Below, in pieces: positions 1-11,726 of a DNA stretch of 64,000 nucleotides. Under the pieces are notes generated by a model, which did no database searches, had not been told where the DNA came from, and worked only from the letters and a program-made list of their open reading frames with translations. The DNA lies in assembly GCA_965153455.1 (NCBI GenBank), contig OZ234493.1:1426001-1490000 (forward strand). Direction: 5' to 3'. The translations under genes and the position numbers were made by a program. The DNA is from Sphagnum compactum (taxonomy: Eukaryota). Every line of letters begins with the position of its first letter. The first letter of the stretch is position 1.

Positions 1-1850
1 ACGGAACTGACCAATGTCATGTTTGTTTCTTACAGGCGATGATGATAAGTCAGCCTCTTCTGAGTTGGAGTCATCAAATACAGAAGTAAAATGTACATCT
101 TCAGCTGCAGTCTTGTGGTTGAACCTGGGAGAAGTCAAATGCAAGGGTCAGAAGATTCCTCCATCTTTAACACTAGACATTGTGAAGGATATGCCGATGT
201 TGGCATGTCAATGTCTAATCCTGAACCTCAGCAATTGTTAAATTGTTTCACCAGCAACCTCTGACAGGAGACTGCTGAATGGGAGACAAAGGATGCATTC
301 AGAGATGGCCACAATGGGCATCACAGCTACTGTACACATGACAGCCATCATCATCTTTGTATGTAATAACCATGTCAAAGTCTAATCCTCAACCTTGGCA
401 TTATTAGATTGCTTCAACAGGACACCTAATGGCAGAGCTGCCAACATGAAATTACTGCAAGCAGACAAAACAATATGTTCTGAGATGGGCCACAATTGCA
501 TCATGGCTACTGTGTGAATGGTTGTGCCTTCACAACTATGATGCCATGAAGTCCAACATGTGCATAAATGGCAGGCAAGGTATGATCAAGCAGCAGAGAC
601 TCAGAACACATGATGTATTGGATTTTGTTCTATATGGTTTTCTGAACAGTGCATCTAAAAAGAATCTTTCACGCAGCTTGGTGATGATGTGATCTCCATC
701 TCCACAAATACATTGAAAACATTTCCATCTTCAAAAGGCTTATCTACAAGAAAACAGAAGGAGAGGAATGCAGTTGGGGGGGGAAGGCGTACAAGTCAGC
801 CAAAGGTACCATGCCAAACCCATGTATGTCATCAACTTGGAATGCACGTGAAGCAACCAACGTCTTTGCGGCAAGAAAATGTTCGAGTGTGAACCAGTTT
901 TCCAGGAACTTCTCACCATAGAGGTCTTTCAGGATGCCATAACACTCACGCCAATCCTGCTGAATCAAACTTCTGTCTTCCTTGATTGCCTGGCTACAGA
1001 AATCCAACATGATGGCACAGCATTGGTTTGCCTCCTCCTAAAAAGTTGGATGTTCAAAACCTCTAATCCCTACCCTAGTATCTGCAGTTTCTCCAAACCC
1101 TAAAACTCAGCATGCTGAAAACAAGAGAAGAAGAAGGGATCCAGGTTTAGGGTTTGGCTCTTTGCCTTCGGATCTGACGTTAATATTCAATCCGAGGAAA
1201 AATCTGCAAAGCCTTTGAATAGTTTGCAAAACACACCTTGTGCAGTTCGGTGCCAGCCAGCAAGCTGTCTATCTCGATGAGGCTCCACACAATGGGGAGT
1301 GATTGCCGGAAAGGTAATAGTTGCAAGTATCCATACCATTTGGAAAACTGCTGCTTGCTGCGCTCATACATGACTGCAACTGCTAAACCCAAATCGCCGC
1401 CTAACTCAGCCTCATCAATCATGGCTGCTGCTTGGGAGGTCTTCACAGTCAGGCAAGCTTCCTTTGGAATGGTGGCTATGAGATCCCCTTCTTTGAGATC
1501 ATATAAAGCTTTCACTCCTATATCTGCTGCCACAGTCTTATCACCCTCATGGAAAGCAAGAGCATCACTGTACTCAATGCCATTCTCCCTCATCCAGCGA
1601 ATGAAGGCTCGTAGTTTCCTACAAAAGATGCCCAAAAACACACACACAAACACCCACCCACCATTTAAAAACAACAGCATCATCATCATCATCCCAGTCA
1701 CTACAGTCTCACAAGGAACAAAACAAAACAGGAAGCAAGCTCTTGCCAGTCAGGGAGAATGTGCGGACCGAGAAAAGAAAGAAGGAGAAATCCAAGTCTG
1801 GGGTGCAAGCAAGCAAGAGGAATGCCTGGTTCGCACCTGGATAATTCCAT
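1..1850 (-). CDS. SET-domain protein-lysine N-methyltransferase (SETD6/RKM-like); 5' part only, 3' end outside the window
   Basis: Hand-spliced exons (-): 1837-1850, 1237-1618, 793-989, <1-124, all with GT..AG introns and consistent phase. Gives MELSRKLRAFIRWMRENG...IPKEACLT...LAVAVMYERS...WYGYLQLLP...LVASRAFQVDDIHGFGMVPLADLFNHKTAAEDVHF; SRAF and PLADLFNH are hallmark motifs of Rubisco-LSMT/SETD6-type SET domains. Confidence 0.9.
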
Positions 1851-1954
1851 TACTGTTGTGCTTCCAGTGTCTTCGAAAACATGTAGAGAGTTCGTCCCAA
1901 ATTGTCTGCACACGGACACGGGGAGAGAGAGAGAGAGAGAACACCAAAGCTCGT

Positions 1955-1992
1955 AAAACCCTAAACCCTGAACTTAGGGTTTCTAGGGTTTT
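1955..1992. promoter_or_regulatory. Cluster of telo-box (AAACCCTA) motifs in inverted orientation upstream of the SET gene
   Basis: AAAACCCTAAACCCTG at 1955-1970 followed by TTAGGGTTTCTAGGGTTTT at 1974-1992, about 100-140 bp upstream of the ATG at 1850. Confidence 0.5.
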
Positions 1993-2429
1993 GTTGCCCA
2001 CAGACCTCCAAACCACCGTAAAATAGTAGTGATAATCAGATTGTTGTTCTCTCTCTTCCTTTTTCTCTGAATCATGGTCTGCGAACAATCATCATCTACA
2101 AAACATGCTTGCAAAATTCTCACATCTTCTTCAGAAACAGTTTTGTATGTCTGATGACGATGACGATGATGATGATGATGCATTCCAGCACAAATTGCAA
2201 GTCCTCATTTCTGGAGTTTCTTGGAGTTTCTTCGCAAAAGATTTGTATTAAACCCCCACCCAACAACTGGAAGAACTCTTCACAACAAGAGGTACTTACT
2301 TGCAACCCTCCCACAGAAATTTTGGACGCCATTTCTGGTCTGCTCCTGGGCAAGCTCTCGCAGCTTTTACTTGATATAGTTTCATGATATTGGTTGGCTC
2401 CTGTGTGTGTGTATGTGTGTCCCAAAAGT

Positions 2430-2645
2430 CCGATGTCGATTAAAAAATGTCCACATTTTGAGCATCATTAAATCTTTGTATTTTGTATATATATATATGA
2501 GAGATGAAATGTCTTTCCAGGCAGGAGATTGATCCCTGACTTTGCATCAGGTGTTGATGCAAAGATGTCCATGCTTTGAGCATCATTGAAATCTTATTCT
2601 ATATGAGAAGATGGGAATGTCTTTCTTACCAGGCAGGAGATTATC
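2430..2645. repeat. Degenerate tandem duplication, two copies of about 120 bp
   Basis: atgtcca..tttgagcatcatt..aatctt...gagaRatg..aatgtcttt..ccaggcaggagatt occurs twice (about 2447-2531 and 2565-2643). Confidence 0.6.
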
Positions 2646-4381
2646 ACTAAGTAAGTCGAAGGAAGATTGTGCACATCAAAAGTTCGACTAGGTACATATC
2701 ACAATCTTGTATTTGGTCACCCTCTCCAGCAATTGGTGGTGCTGAGATTCATAGGTGCCAGCCCAGCACAGTTGTATGCATGTGAATTGGGTATTCATTT
2801 TGAGGGTGTCAACACTCTTAAAGCAAACCTTCTTTTGTGGGCACCCTACCTTTATGTCAATCAGAGGACTCTGATCAAGTAGTTCATTTACAAGGAGCAG
2901 TGCTTGGTGAACCTGAACTGAGAGCATAGAGATCACAAGCTTCCCTCAGAACCTCACACCATAACAATGATCAGAAATTGAGACAAATGGGCTCTTGTGG
3001 TATTGAGTTGAACAAGCACAACAGCAATGCATTTGTCAATAAATATTTGAACATTGTTTTCAGTTTGCAGGATGCAAGAGGAATGGTGAAAGAAATGGCT
3101 ACCTGTCTATCAATGGGTCCAATTGAGTTCACCAATGTATGGACCCTCAATGTGTTTTATTGTATTTGATGTATTGTCATCTACCTCACATCTCACACTA
3201 TTTCTTTGATGACCAAGTGTTACAAAAACTACAATTGTAAACTGTGCTGCAAATTCTCCTCATATCATCAACTGGATTGTTGTTCTCTGACCATAACACT
3301 GTGTTGTCTAGATTAAGATCTTTTGTCCAAACTATCTTGCCATAAACTGTAGATGATGATATACGGCAAGAGATCAACTGTACCATCTATTATTATCATC
3401 ACACCCTCCCTTCAAATTGAGGGCTTTTCTTGTGAGTTTTTTGTTCATGGAAAGAAATACTTATTTTTGTGGGATTGCTCATTATTTGTAGTAGATTTAG
3501 GTCAGTGCAACAACAATTCAGAGTGTTCAAGTTCCCCTCCAACAACCCATCCTTTAGCATCAACCCAACAAACTACTAAAATGCAAACCAAACATGAGAT
3601 TCATGTTACGTCATTTGGATAGCATTTTTCTTTTTTTTGGGGTTCAAAACCGAGTTCAATGTGAACAATAGTTTGAATTTTTTTTGCAATTACATAGGGT
3701 TGGTTCCCCGTAGATGAGTTTTGTGTAGATTGGGTTTTTGTGTTTTGTTGAGCCTTGAATGGAAGTTGGTGTGTGTATATGTATGTGTGCATGTGATACA
3801 CAAAGAGCACAAGTTATGTTTCTCTTTGGAATTTTAGGTTCTTGATAACCTTCATCTTGTGCTTTAAAATGGGTAAAACCCGCAAGTGAGGGGACATTTG
3901 CAGATACTCAATTATTGACATATTCAATTGATCCTCACAATCGTATTCCAGCTGGTTGCTTGGATGCACCAACTGCTTGTGTGCTCATACCATGCAATTC
4001 TCTCAACAAAAGGGGTCTGCTTTTCCCCCTTGATGTTCACAATTTGGGAACTCAAATTTTTTTGGTGCCAATTTACAAAATTTTGGACAAGTGAATTAAG
4101 AATATTGAAAAGCAGAACAAATTGGTTCACTCTAATGTTCATAATTTGAGAACTCAAATTTTTGGGCCAATTTGCAAAATTTTCATTTTTGGAGAAGTGA
4201 GATTAGAATTTGCTTCTTGTGGGTGTGGATGAAGGGGGAGGAAATGTTCCTCCAAAACCCTAAAACTCTAAATTCCTTACCCACCTATATACCTACCTAT
4301 TAAGTGGAAGGGGAGCAATGTGCCCCTGAGGAGGAAGAGTGCTTTTCTACTCTTCTTCTTCTTCTTCTTCTCTTTCTCTTT

Positions 4382-6526
4382 CTAATGCACAGCAGCAGGA
4401 GCTTTGTCGCTTGCAGATTTCCAGTTGTACAGTAACTTGAGAAGGGAACCAGCTTTGCGCTTCACGCGCGGTGTGCTTCCCATGGTGAACAAATTGTAGG
4501 TGGATGGAACCACACTGCTGCATTTGACAACAGTTTTGATGACGGCATCTCCTCCAATCTTGCACAAAAAAAGCAACACAACAATAGCGTGCTCCTTCGC
4601 TTTGGAAGAAGCACTCCTCAAGAGCTTGACCAGAATCGGGATGGCACATGCATCAGTGATGGCAGTCACACCTTCGGTTGTTTCTGCTACCAGAGCCAGT
4701 AGTGCCAAAGCTTCTTCGATGATCGCTGTTGTTTCTTGTTCTTGTTCTTGTTCTTGGTCAGTAGTAAGAAGAAGAGAAACCAGAAGTGGAACGACTCCTG
4801 CTCTCACAATGCCTGCCTGGTTTCCTTTGTGTATTGCAAGGTTGTATAGCGCTGTGGTTGCATCTCTTTTGCCCCTGCTTGCTGTGCCTTCCCGAAGAAG
4901 AGTGACCAAAGCGGGAATAGCGTCTGTTGTATTGCCGATCACGACTTTGAGATCATCATTGACGGCAAGACTGAAGACCGTCGCTGCGGCATTCTCCCGT
5001 GATTGCATCGTGCTGCCATTTTTTAAAACCTCGATGATCGCCTCCGACGCGCCGCATTCCACGATCGGTATCTTGTTGCACTCGCAAATGGAGAGATTCA
5101 ACAGTGCAGTGACCGCGTTTTCTTGTGTCTTCGGATCCATCGACGACAGAAGAGGCACGAGCAAAGGAATGGCGCCTGCGTCCGCGATGCATATTCTGTT
5201 GTCTGTGCCACCTTTAGCAAGAAGCCGCAATTCATACGCCGCTTGCTTCTGTGCCTCCGGGGAAGAATCACTGCCAAGCTTTTCTGTCAAGAATGCCGCC
5301 GTCAGCTTTGTGGCTTCAAGCGCCACTCCATTGTTTGCAAGATTATCATTGTTCTTGCGTCTCGTGCTGCTCCTCTTGTTGTCCAACTTTTCGAACGGCA
5401 CTTTGTTCTCTGTGCACCACTGACTGATGACGCTCCTGAGAGCGAAGTTCGGAGTGAGCTTCAAGTCACGCAGATCCTGTCCACTCTTTGGACATGTGTG
5501 ATGTCCTGCCTGCAGCCATCTCGTGATCGAAGCTCGCTCGTACGTTTGTCCCGTGGCGACAATGACGGGATCGCGCATAATCTCGAGGTTGATCGGACAC
5601 AGAAACTCTTCTGGCGGACTGATGGCCGCCGCTTCCGCGTCTCGACTTGAAACCTCGTCGCCAAGAATTGTTGTTTTGGAGGACGAAGAAGCTGTTGCCG
5701 AATTTCTGCGCCTGGCGGCGGCATCGTTGTCGTCGTCTTCGACGGCCTGTGAAATTCCATACAGGATACACCTGCCGTAGCGGAGAAAGCAAATGAAACT
5801 GGTGAGCTTCTCTGCTACTTGTCGTTGTGTACTATTGTTATTGTGCGATGCGCTTCGCAAATCCTCCAGTCGTTGCATCTCTATCTGACAATCTCTCACA
5901 CTAAGAAGCTGGAGCCGTGAGAACAGCTCTCGTAAATGCGATATCTCCAGCCTTTCCTTCCTCTCCACCGTGCCAAGCATCGCCAAAACCTCCTCCCGTA
6001 GCTGAAGCTCTCCGGGATCCAAAAACAGCTCCGCGGCTCTGCGTACTTGTATGCGCACCAGCTCGATCTGTTCCTTTACCTCGGCTTGCAGATCCAGAAG
6101 CTCCAAGGGAAGCGAATCCAGAACGACTGCCATGCTCTGTGTCAGGTCATAAAATTGCTGTGCGACGGATTCCTGCTCGATGAGCAAACAAAACAAGCTA
6201 GCTTCCCTACAGTCATCTAGCAAAAGCTTCGCTCCGCTCAAGATAGTGTACAATTCCTGGAACGACTGCACAACTGAGGGAGGGAGAGGGAGCCGTAAAT
6301 CTAAAATCTCTTCGAATAGGGACGCCAGCAGCTCGATCCTGCGCGCGATGTTCGACGCATTCCTCCTCTGCAGCACTTGCGGCTTGCCGCACACTACAAC
6401 GAGCCTAGTCAACCCGAGCAGCGCCTTCACAAGGGACATGGCTGAAGGACTTGGAGGCGGGGCCGTCGCCACCATCCCATGCCGCCGACGCTTGAATATA
6501 TGCAAAGGCGACAGCCGATGTGCCAT
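4382..6526 (-). CDS. Plant U-box E3 ubiquitin ligase with N-terminal UND region, U-box and ARM repeats; intronless, about 714 aa
   Basis: One uninterrupted ORF. First ATG after the CA/CT microsatellite is at 6526 (alternative 6475). U-box PEEFLCPINLEIMRDPVIVATGQTYERASITRWLQAGHHTCPKS. ARM repeats e.g. AAYELRLLAK..DNRICIADAGAIPLLVPLL, TQENAVTALLNLS, SRENAAATVFSL, RGKRDATTALYNL. Confidence 0.95.
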   Translation of the reverse strand: MAHRLSPLHIFKRRRHGMVATAPPPSPSAMSLVKALLGLTRLVVVCGKPQVLQRRNASNIARRIELLASLFEEILDLRLPLPPSVVQSFQELYTILSGAKLLLDDCREASLFCLLIEQESVAQQFYDLTQSMAVVLDSLPLELLDLQAEVKEQIELVRIQVRRAAELFLDPGELQLREEVLAMLGTVERKERLEISHLRELFSRLQLLSVRDCQIEMQRLEDLRSASHNNNSTQRQVAEKLTSFICFLRYGRCILYGISQAVEDDDNDAAARRRNSATASSSSKTTILGDEVSSRDAEAAAISPPEEFLCPINLEIMRDPVIVATGQTYERASITRWLQAGHHTCPKSGQDLRDLKLTPNFALRSVISQWCTENKVPFEKLDNKRSSTRRKNNDNLANNGVALEATKLTAAFLTEKLGSDSSPEAQKQAAYELRLLAKGGTDNRICIADAGAIPLLVPLLSSMDPKTQENAVTALLNLSICECNKIPIVECGASEAIIEVLKNGSTMQSRENAAATVFSLAVNDDLKVVIGNTTDAIPALVTLLREGTASRGKRDATTALYNLAIHKGNQAGIVRAGVVPLLVSLLLTTDQEQEQEQETTAIIEEALALLALVAETTEGVTAITDACAIPILVKLLRSASSKAKEHAIVVLLFLCKIGGDAVIKTVVKCSSVVPSTYNLFTMGSTPRVKRKAGSLLKLLYNWKSASDKAPAAVH

Positions 6527-6536
6527 GGAACAAGTG

Positions 6537-6538
<2 letters not shown>

Positions 6539-6586
<48 letters not shown>
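6539..6586. repeat. Compound (CT)n(CA)n microsatellite in the PUB 5' leader
   Basis: Directly visible dinucleotide run immediately upstream of the ATG at 6526. Confidence 0.9.
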
Positions 6587-6587
<1 letters not shown>

Positions 6588-7083
6588 CCTTCTCTAGCTT
6601 TAACGCTCACAATCTCAGACTCTTTCCTTTTCTCCAAGGACTGCCAAACAACGTTTCGTCACATGTCGCTCCTTCCACACACCACAGCTTGATTCCTGCT
6701 CATATTCATCATACTGCAGTGTCCTTGCTAATACTACTGGCAACAAAACAAACACCACTCTGCCTCTTCGCAAGCAGTGATTCCAGACTTCCTCTTACGT
6801 CCGCAGTGATTTCAGAGGCCCAAAAATTCAAGATCGTCACACACAAAGTCCAATCCCTCGCAGAAGAAAATCGAAAGTCTTTTCAAGAAAAATGTTCCTG
6901 TGACGTTTTTTCTGGCTCTCTCTGTCTCTGTCTCTCTCTCTCTCCACGTTTTCAACAGAATCTCTCCCAAAAGTCGTGCTTTCCACAGCTCGGTAAGAGA
7001 TTTTGTTGTCTCTCCACAACTGTTCTTCGTTTGCGAAAGTCCTCCAGCAGATGGATTTTCTCTTTCCAGCAGAAGGTTGCGCC

Positions 7084-7091
7084 TATTTATA
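7084..7091 (-). promoter_or_regulatory. Putative TATA box of the PUB gene
   Basis: + strand TATTTATA = TATAAATA on the - strand, about 560 bp upstream of the ATG, next to a GA/CT-rich patch and a CpG-rich proximal region. Confidence 0.6.
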
Positions 7092-7410
7092 GCGAGCGAG
7101 AGAGAGAGAGAGAGACGGGGAAAAGCGCGACACGAGAAGCACCGCGCAGTGCGCAAGTCGTCACGTCCTTGCGCGTCCTTCCCTATACGTCATCCAACTG
7201 TAAATACCTACGTTCCGTAATCAAAGAAACACACAGTCTGTCCTTGTGCCATTCTACCCAATACGCGTACTAGGTGTGAATGCGGTTTAAGTTCTTTCAA
7301 CGAGATTCTACCAGGCTCAGCGGGTTCTTAGGTGGAATGGGCTCTACCGGGTATATTCCTGACCGTAACTGGTGTTCCAGCACCGTTGATTTGCCAAAGT
7401 ACAGTGTTCC

Positions 7411-7552
7411 CCATAGGTTATTCACAGCACAAGTGGGAACCAAACCGACATGGCAGTGCCCATTCCAGACCAGGACTGGTGTTCCCCCCACATAGGCTAT
7501 TCACAGCGCAAGTGGAACAACATGGTAGGGCCTATTCCAGACTGGAACTGGC
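7411..7552. repeat. Degenerate tandem repeat, two copies of about 80 bp
   Basis: cataggYtattcacagcRcaagtgg...catgg...attccagac..gRactgg occurs at about 7412 and 7491. Confidence 0.6.
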
Positions 7553-7670
7553 GGTCTTTCACAGTCTGTTGATTTGCATCACAAGTGGATCTAAAAGAAC
7601 CCAACGTGGAACCAGCAGATGACCAGCTGTCCGCCACCTAGGGGAAAACCTAGAAAAAGTACCTGAATAA

Positions 7671-7884
7671 GGTGCATTCACACTTGGTGTTAGGGACTTT
7701 CAGTGTTGAGTCTAGTCATTTAAGACTTAAAACTTACTTATTGTGAAGATTTTATGTTAAACTAATTAACATAGTTTAACATTCACTTAATGTTAAGTGA
7801 TCGCCCATTTAACAGTGAGTGCCACCTAGGATGCCACCTAGATTTACATTTAAACATTGATTTAACACCAAGTGTGAATGCACC
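7671..7884. mobile_element. MITE-like element, 214 bp, with perfect 22-bp terminal inverted repeats
   Basis: GGTGCATTCACACTTGGTGTTA (7671-7692) is the exact reverse complement of TAACACCAAGTGTGAATGCACC (7863-7884). AT-rich interior. Flanks are TAA / ATT, so no perfect target-site duplication and the superfamily is uncertain. Confidence 0.8.
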
Positions 7885-10800
7885 ATTATAATAAGACACC
7901 CAGTCTAGTTGGGTATTGTAATATATTCCAAAATATGTATTTTTTTGTTTGTTTTGGAGACTTTGAAGAACAAGATGGAATTTGACTTTCATATTTGACA
8001 ATTTTGCGCAAGGGGGGGGGGAGGAATATTTCCCTCTAGCCTATTTGACTTGCTTATTATTTGACAATCTAGCAAGTGTGTAGGAGGTGCAAGGCAAGTA
8101 GTCCAGGTGCCCTGTTGCATAATCACTTGGATTTTTTTATTTCCAAAAGGCATAGCTTCAGTATGATTTTGGTGATGATATTAAATTGTTTGTTGCTGGC
8201 ACTTTTGCCATACTAGTAATTTCATTACCCTTTTAGACTATATTAATTTCATTTCCCTTTTTAACTATATTAATTTTCATATTTTTTAACTATATTAATT
8301 TTCATAATGGGTTGAACCTTGTTTTCTTATGGCCTATAAGAAGGCATCCATGTGAAAGAAAATATCATGTAGTTCACCAAAAAAAACTGCACTTATTCAT
8401 ACATGAAGAACCAGGACTGCTTGGTGGTGTCCATAGTATAAAAGACTGGTATCCAAATCCTAATCCTAATATTGGATTGGTACCACATGGTTCAACTTAA
8501 AAATTTCATAGGTATCCCTCATTCCCACAAAGACAACAAAAGTAAAAGAAATATTTAAAAAAATATATCTTTTGAGGTTTGCAATTCAAATGACCACAAT
8601 TGCCACATCAAACCTTGAAATAAAAAGGTTTTTGGGCTAATTTTTTTGGCACCTACACCCCAAAACCCCTAGGTTGATTTCCAGAACAACATCAATACGC
8701 ACATGAATAAATATGTCAAAATTAACCAAATATTTTGTCCATTTGGTCATTTGGTCCATTTGTGCCCATTCACAAATGGACCAAGTGACCATTAAAAACC
8801 CCAAAAATGTTAGATTTGAACTCGGAGACTCTGATTAAAGACCCTGATTTAATCTAATAATGGGAATATTTGTAATATTTAAAATAATTTAAAGAGACTT
8901 TGGGATTTTCTTACCATAGTATCGAGGTGAGAGCTGGTTCACCCAAGGTGGGAGGGGGGGGGGGGGGGGTGGGGAGACCCAACCCTGGTCAGAACCACCA
9001 CAAAGGTACCAAAGAAAAGCCTTTGGCAGTTTAATAGCCTGAGGCTATGTTCATGTCATGGGGGTCAACAATCCACACAACACTTGTCAAATGTCATGAA
9101 CCCCATTCTTTAAAATACGGTGGTCAACCCCCAATTGGCAAATGAATAGCAAACTTTGACGGTGCAAACCGAAGGGAGGGTGGGGGGGTGGGATGGCTCA
9201 CAAGAAACTTCTCAAGTCTCAACTTGAGAAAGCGCCCTACATTATGTTATACATCACTCCCCACTACCAATTGTGAAAGGCAACACATGATAAACGGGGC
9301 ATTATGGGTCCCCCAATACACTCAACCAAGTGTGGTATATGACAAATAGGACTCATGCCTAAAAGGACAAAAAAAAGATTGAAGATAAAGATTTTATTTC
9401 CAGTGCGTAATGTAATAAATCAAATCTAGTTTGAGCTAACTTGATGTTCATGTAATTTCTCCCTTTTTCTTATTCCTTTGTACATTTTCCAAATCAACGG
9501 TGTATTTATAAAGAAAGTTTTGCAGGGTTGAATCAAATCCGTCCATATGATTTAGTTAGAGAACTCAAAAAAAAAACTTAGGTCACAAGCTGATCTCATC
9601 TGCTGTCATTTCTGGGTTGAAATAGAACAGGGCTCATGAGATAGTAGTTAGTGGGTTTAAGGCACCTAAACCCTAAACCCTAATAAGGGCACCTAATTTG
9701 CATTGACCCACAGTAAGTTACACTTTGGAACAGGCTCCCCCCCCCTGGTAGAACCCTTGGTAGGTAACCGGCCTGTTACTATACAGGGCAGGGGCTCGAC
9801 CCAACAGGCTTGAGACTTCCAAGGGTGGGACCGGTCCTACTGGACTTACTGGGGCCCTTTCAAGAGTACCTACATTACATGTTTTCCCTCAAAAAGTACC
9901 TACAGCCCACCTCCCAGCTGTCCAATTGACCCAAACGCAGGTCAACAAGAGCCAAGTCATAATAATAAGAAGATGATGACTTTATGTAGGAACATTTTGT
10001 TCTCTTTGATGATGTGGCACCACCCACAGCCCTAATGGAGGAGGAGGAGGAAGTGGTAGGATAAAGCCCCAAGGGCAAGGAGTCCCAAAACAAGGGACCG
10101 AGGATGGTAGTGAAATCTGGCACCACCCCACATTTTGGGACCATCCCTTACCTGTGGGGCTTTTATCCATCCTAAAGGGCAGACAAGGTAAGCACTTTAA
10201 ACATAGGTAGATCACACAAGGGTTAGGAGGGCGGTTCTTATTTTGCTTCTACTCCTTAAGAGTGAGAGGGATGTTTTACACCTATGTATAAATAGGAATA
10301 ATTTAATTTCCTTGCCACTTGTAAGGCCCAAGATCCATCCTATTAGGGATAGTTAAGGATATAAGGTGGCCTCCAAATACACCAGGAAGTTTTTCCAAAT
10401 GCTTTATGGATTTCCCAATGTTCCCCAAAAGAAAATTTTTAAAAATTAAATTTTAAAAAATTTAAGAATTTAGAATAAATAAATAAATATAAATATAAAT
10501 ATAAATAAATAAAAAATATATATAATTAGACTTTTCCAGTTCACCTGCAGCTCACTCACTAACAGAAAGAATGTGTTCATTGCAGCCTAGCATTTCTTAG
10601 GTTTTGGGTGCTGGTCAAACTGGGTCCAGCTGTTACCTCTAGTGGGCTGAGGGGGCAAGGTACCTCAAGTGGTTTTTAACTGACTTCTTCTTTGGCGGTG
10701 GGGCGGTGGGATGTGGGGGACAAATGAAGGCTGAATGCAAATTGAGTGGTGAGGACTGGAAAAGGAAGGGAATTCTTGGGGTTTATTCTTAGGGTTTGTA

Positions 10801-11726
10801 TAGTTAGGGTTTATTCTTAGGGTTGTATTCTTAGGGTTTATTCTAGCAATCTAGCCCCCATAAATTATGACAACTAGTATGAAATCAGCTGTTGGCCTGA
10901 AGTGTGAACTGTGGACTCAGTACCCAAGTAGGTAAATTGAATTTGAATTATGAACTTTTATTTGAATATTTCCAATGGCAAAAGGTTATTTGAAATTCAA
11001 TATGTCTTGCAACTTAGGTCTAAATTTTTTGTGAAAATCACTTTCAAGAAAATCTCATTCATCAAGAGCTTTTTCAATAGGACCAAGAATAGAGAACCTT
11101 TGGAAATATATATTCTAATTTAATTAATTTATTCAAAGACATTGAATGTTGAAGCTTTCCCGTTTAGTGTACTGTGGTGTGTACAAAAATTGCTGAAAAT
11201 ATGAATGAAAAAACACCTTGAAAAGCACTGGCAAACACCCCTTTTCATTAAATCTTGCAGCACAATAGTGCAAATCCTGCTGCTCTCGGGTGTTAATGGT
11301 CCATTTTGCAGTGGTCATTTTAACCCCTTTAAAAGCTTTTTGCTACTATGGATTTGGAGCCTTGTAACATGTGCACATTTTCAGGCCTCAACCTGCTTCC
11401 CAGTAAAATGCCCCTGTAGAGCACTCCTACCATTTGGCATGCTCTTATTTCTTCACTCTCCATCTTTTTTCTCATTTTTTGGCCTTGCCTACCAAGGCAA
11501 GAGCATATTGTGTTTAAATTCATTACAGAGTTTACTAGCTTAAGGGATTTTGGCCCCTAGGTAATAATAATAGGTCTATTTTTATTATATGAGGATTTTT
11601 GAAAGATAATATTTTGGCTGGTGTTGAAACTTGAGATTAGTAATAGAGTTATAATATCTTGAAAGATTTTGGTTTCTTTTAGAGGATTTTTGGAACATTA
11701 TATTTTTGCATGGTGAAATATTTGAA

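Noticed and set aside
6527..6637. N-terminal extension of the PUB ORF given in the ORF track (CVCVCV...)
   Set aside because: Begins at a non-ATG codon and translates a microsatellite; the first ATG is at 6526.
4500..7273. Long + strand ORFs (4500-5423, 6180-6692, 6479-7273) and other antisense ORFs over real genes
   Set aside because: Shadow ORFs of genuine coding sequence or of microsatellite-rich leaders; no recognisable domains.
9665..9683. Telomere-like CCCTAAA repeats (also 41889-41907) as a telomere or telomerase RNA template
   Set aside because: Only 2-3 units, interstitial, and no USE/TATA Pol III promoter context seen.
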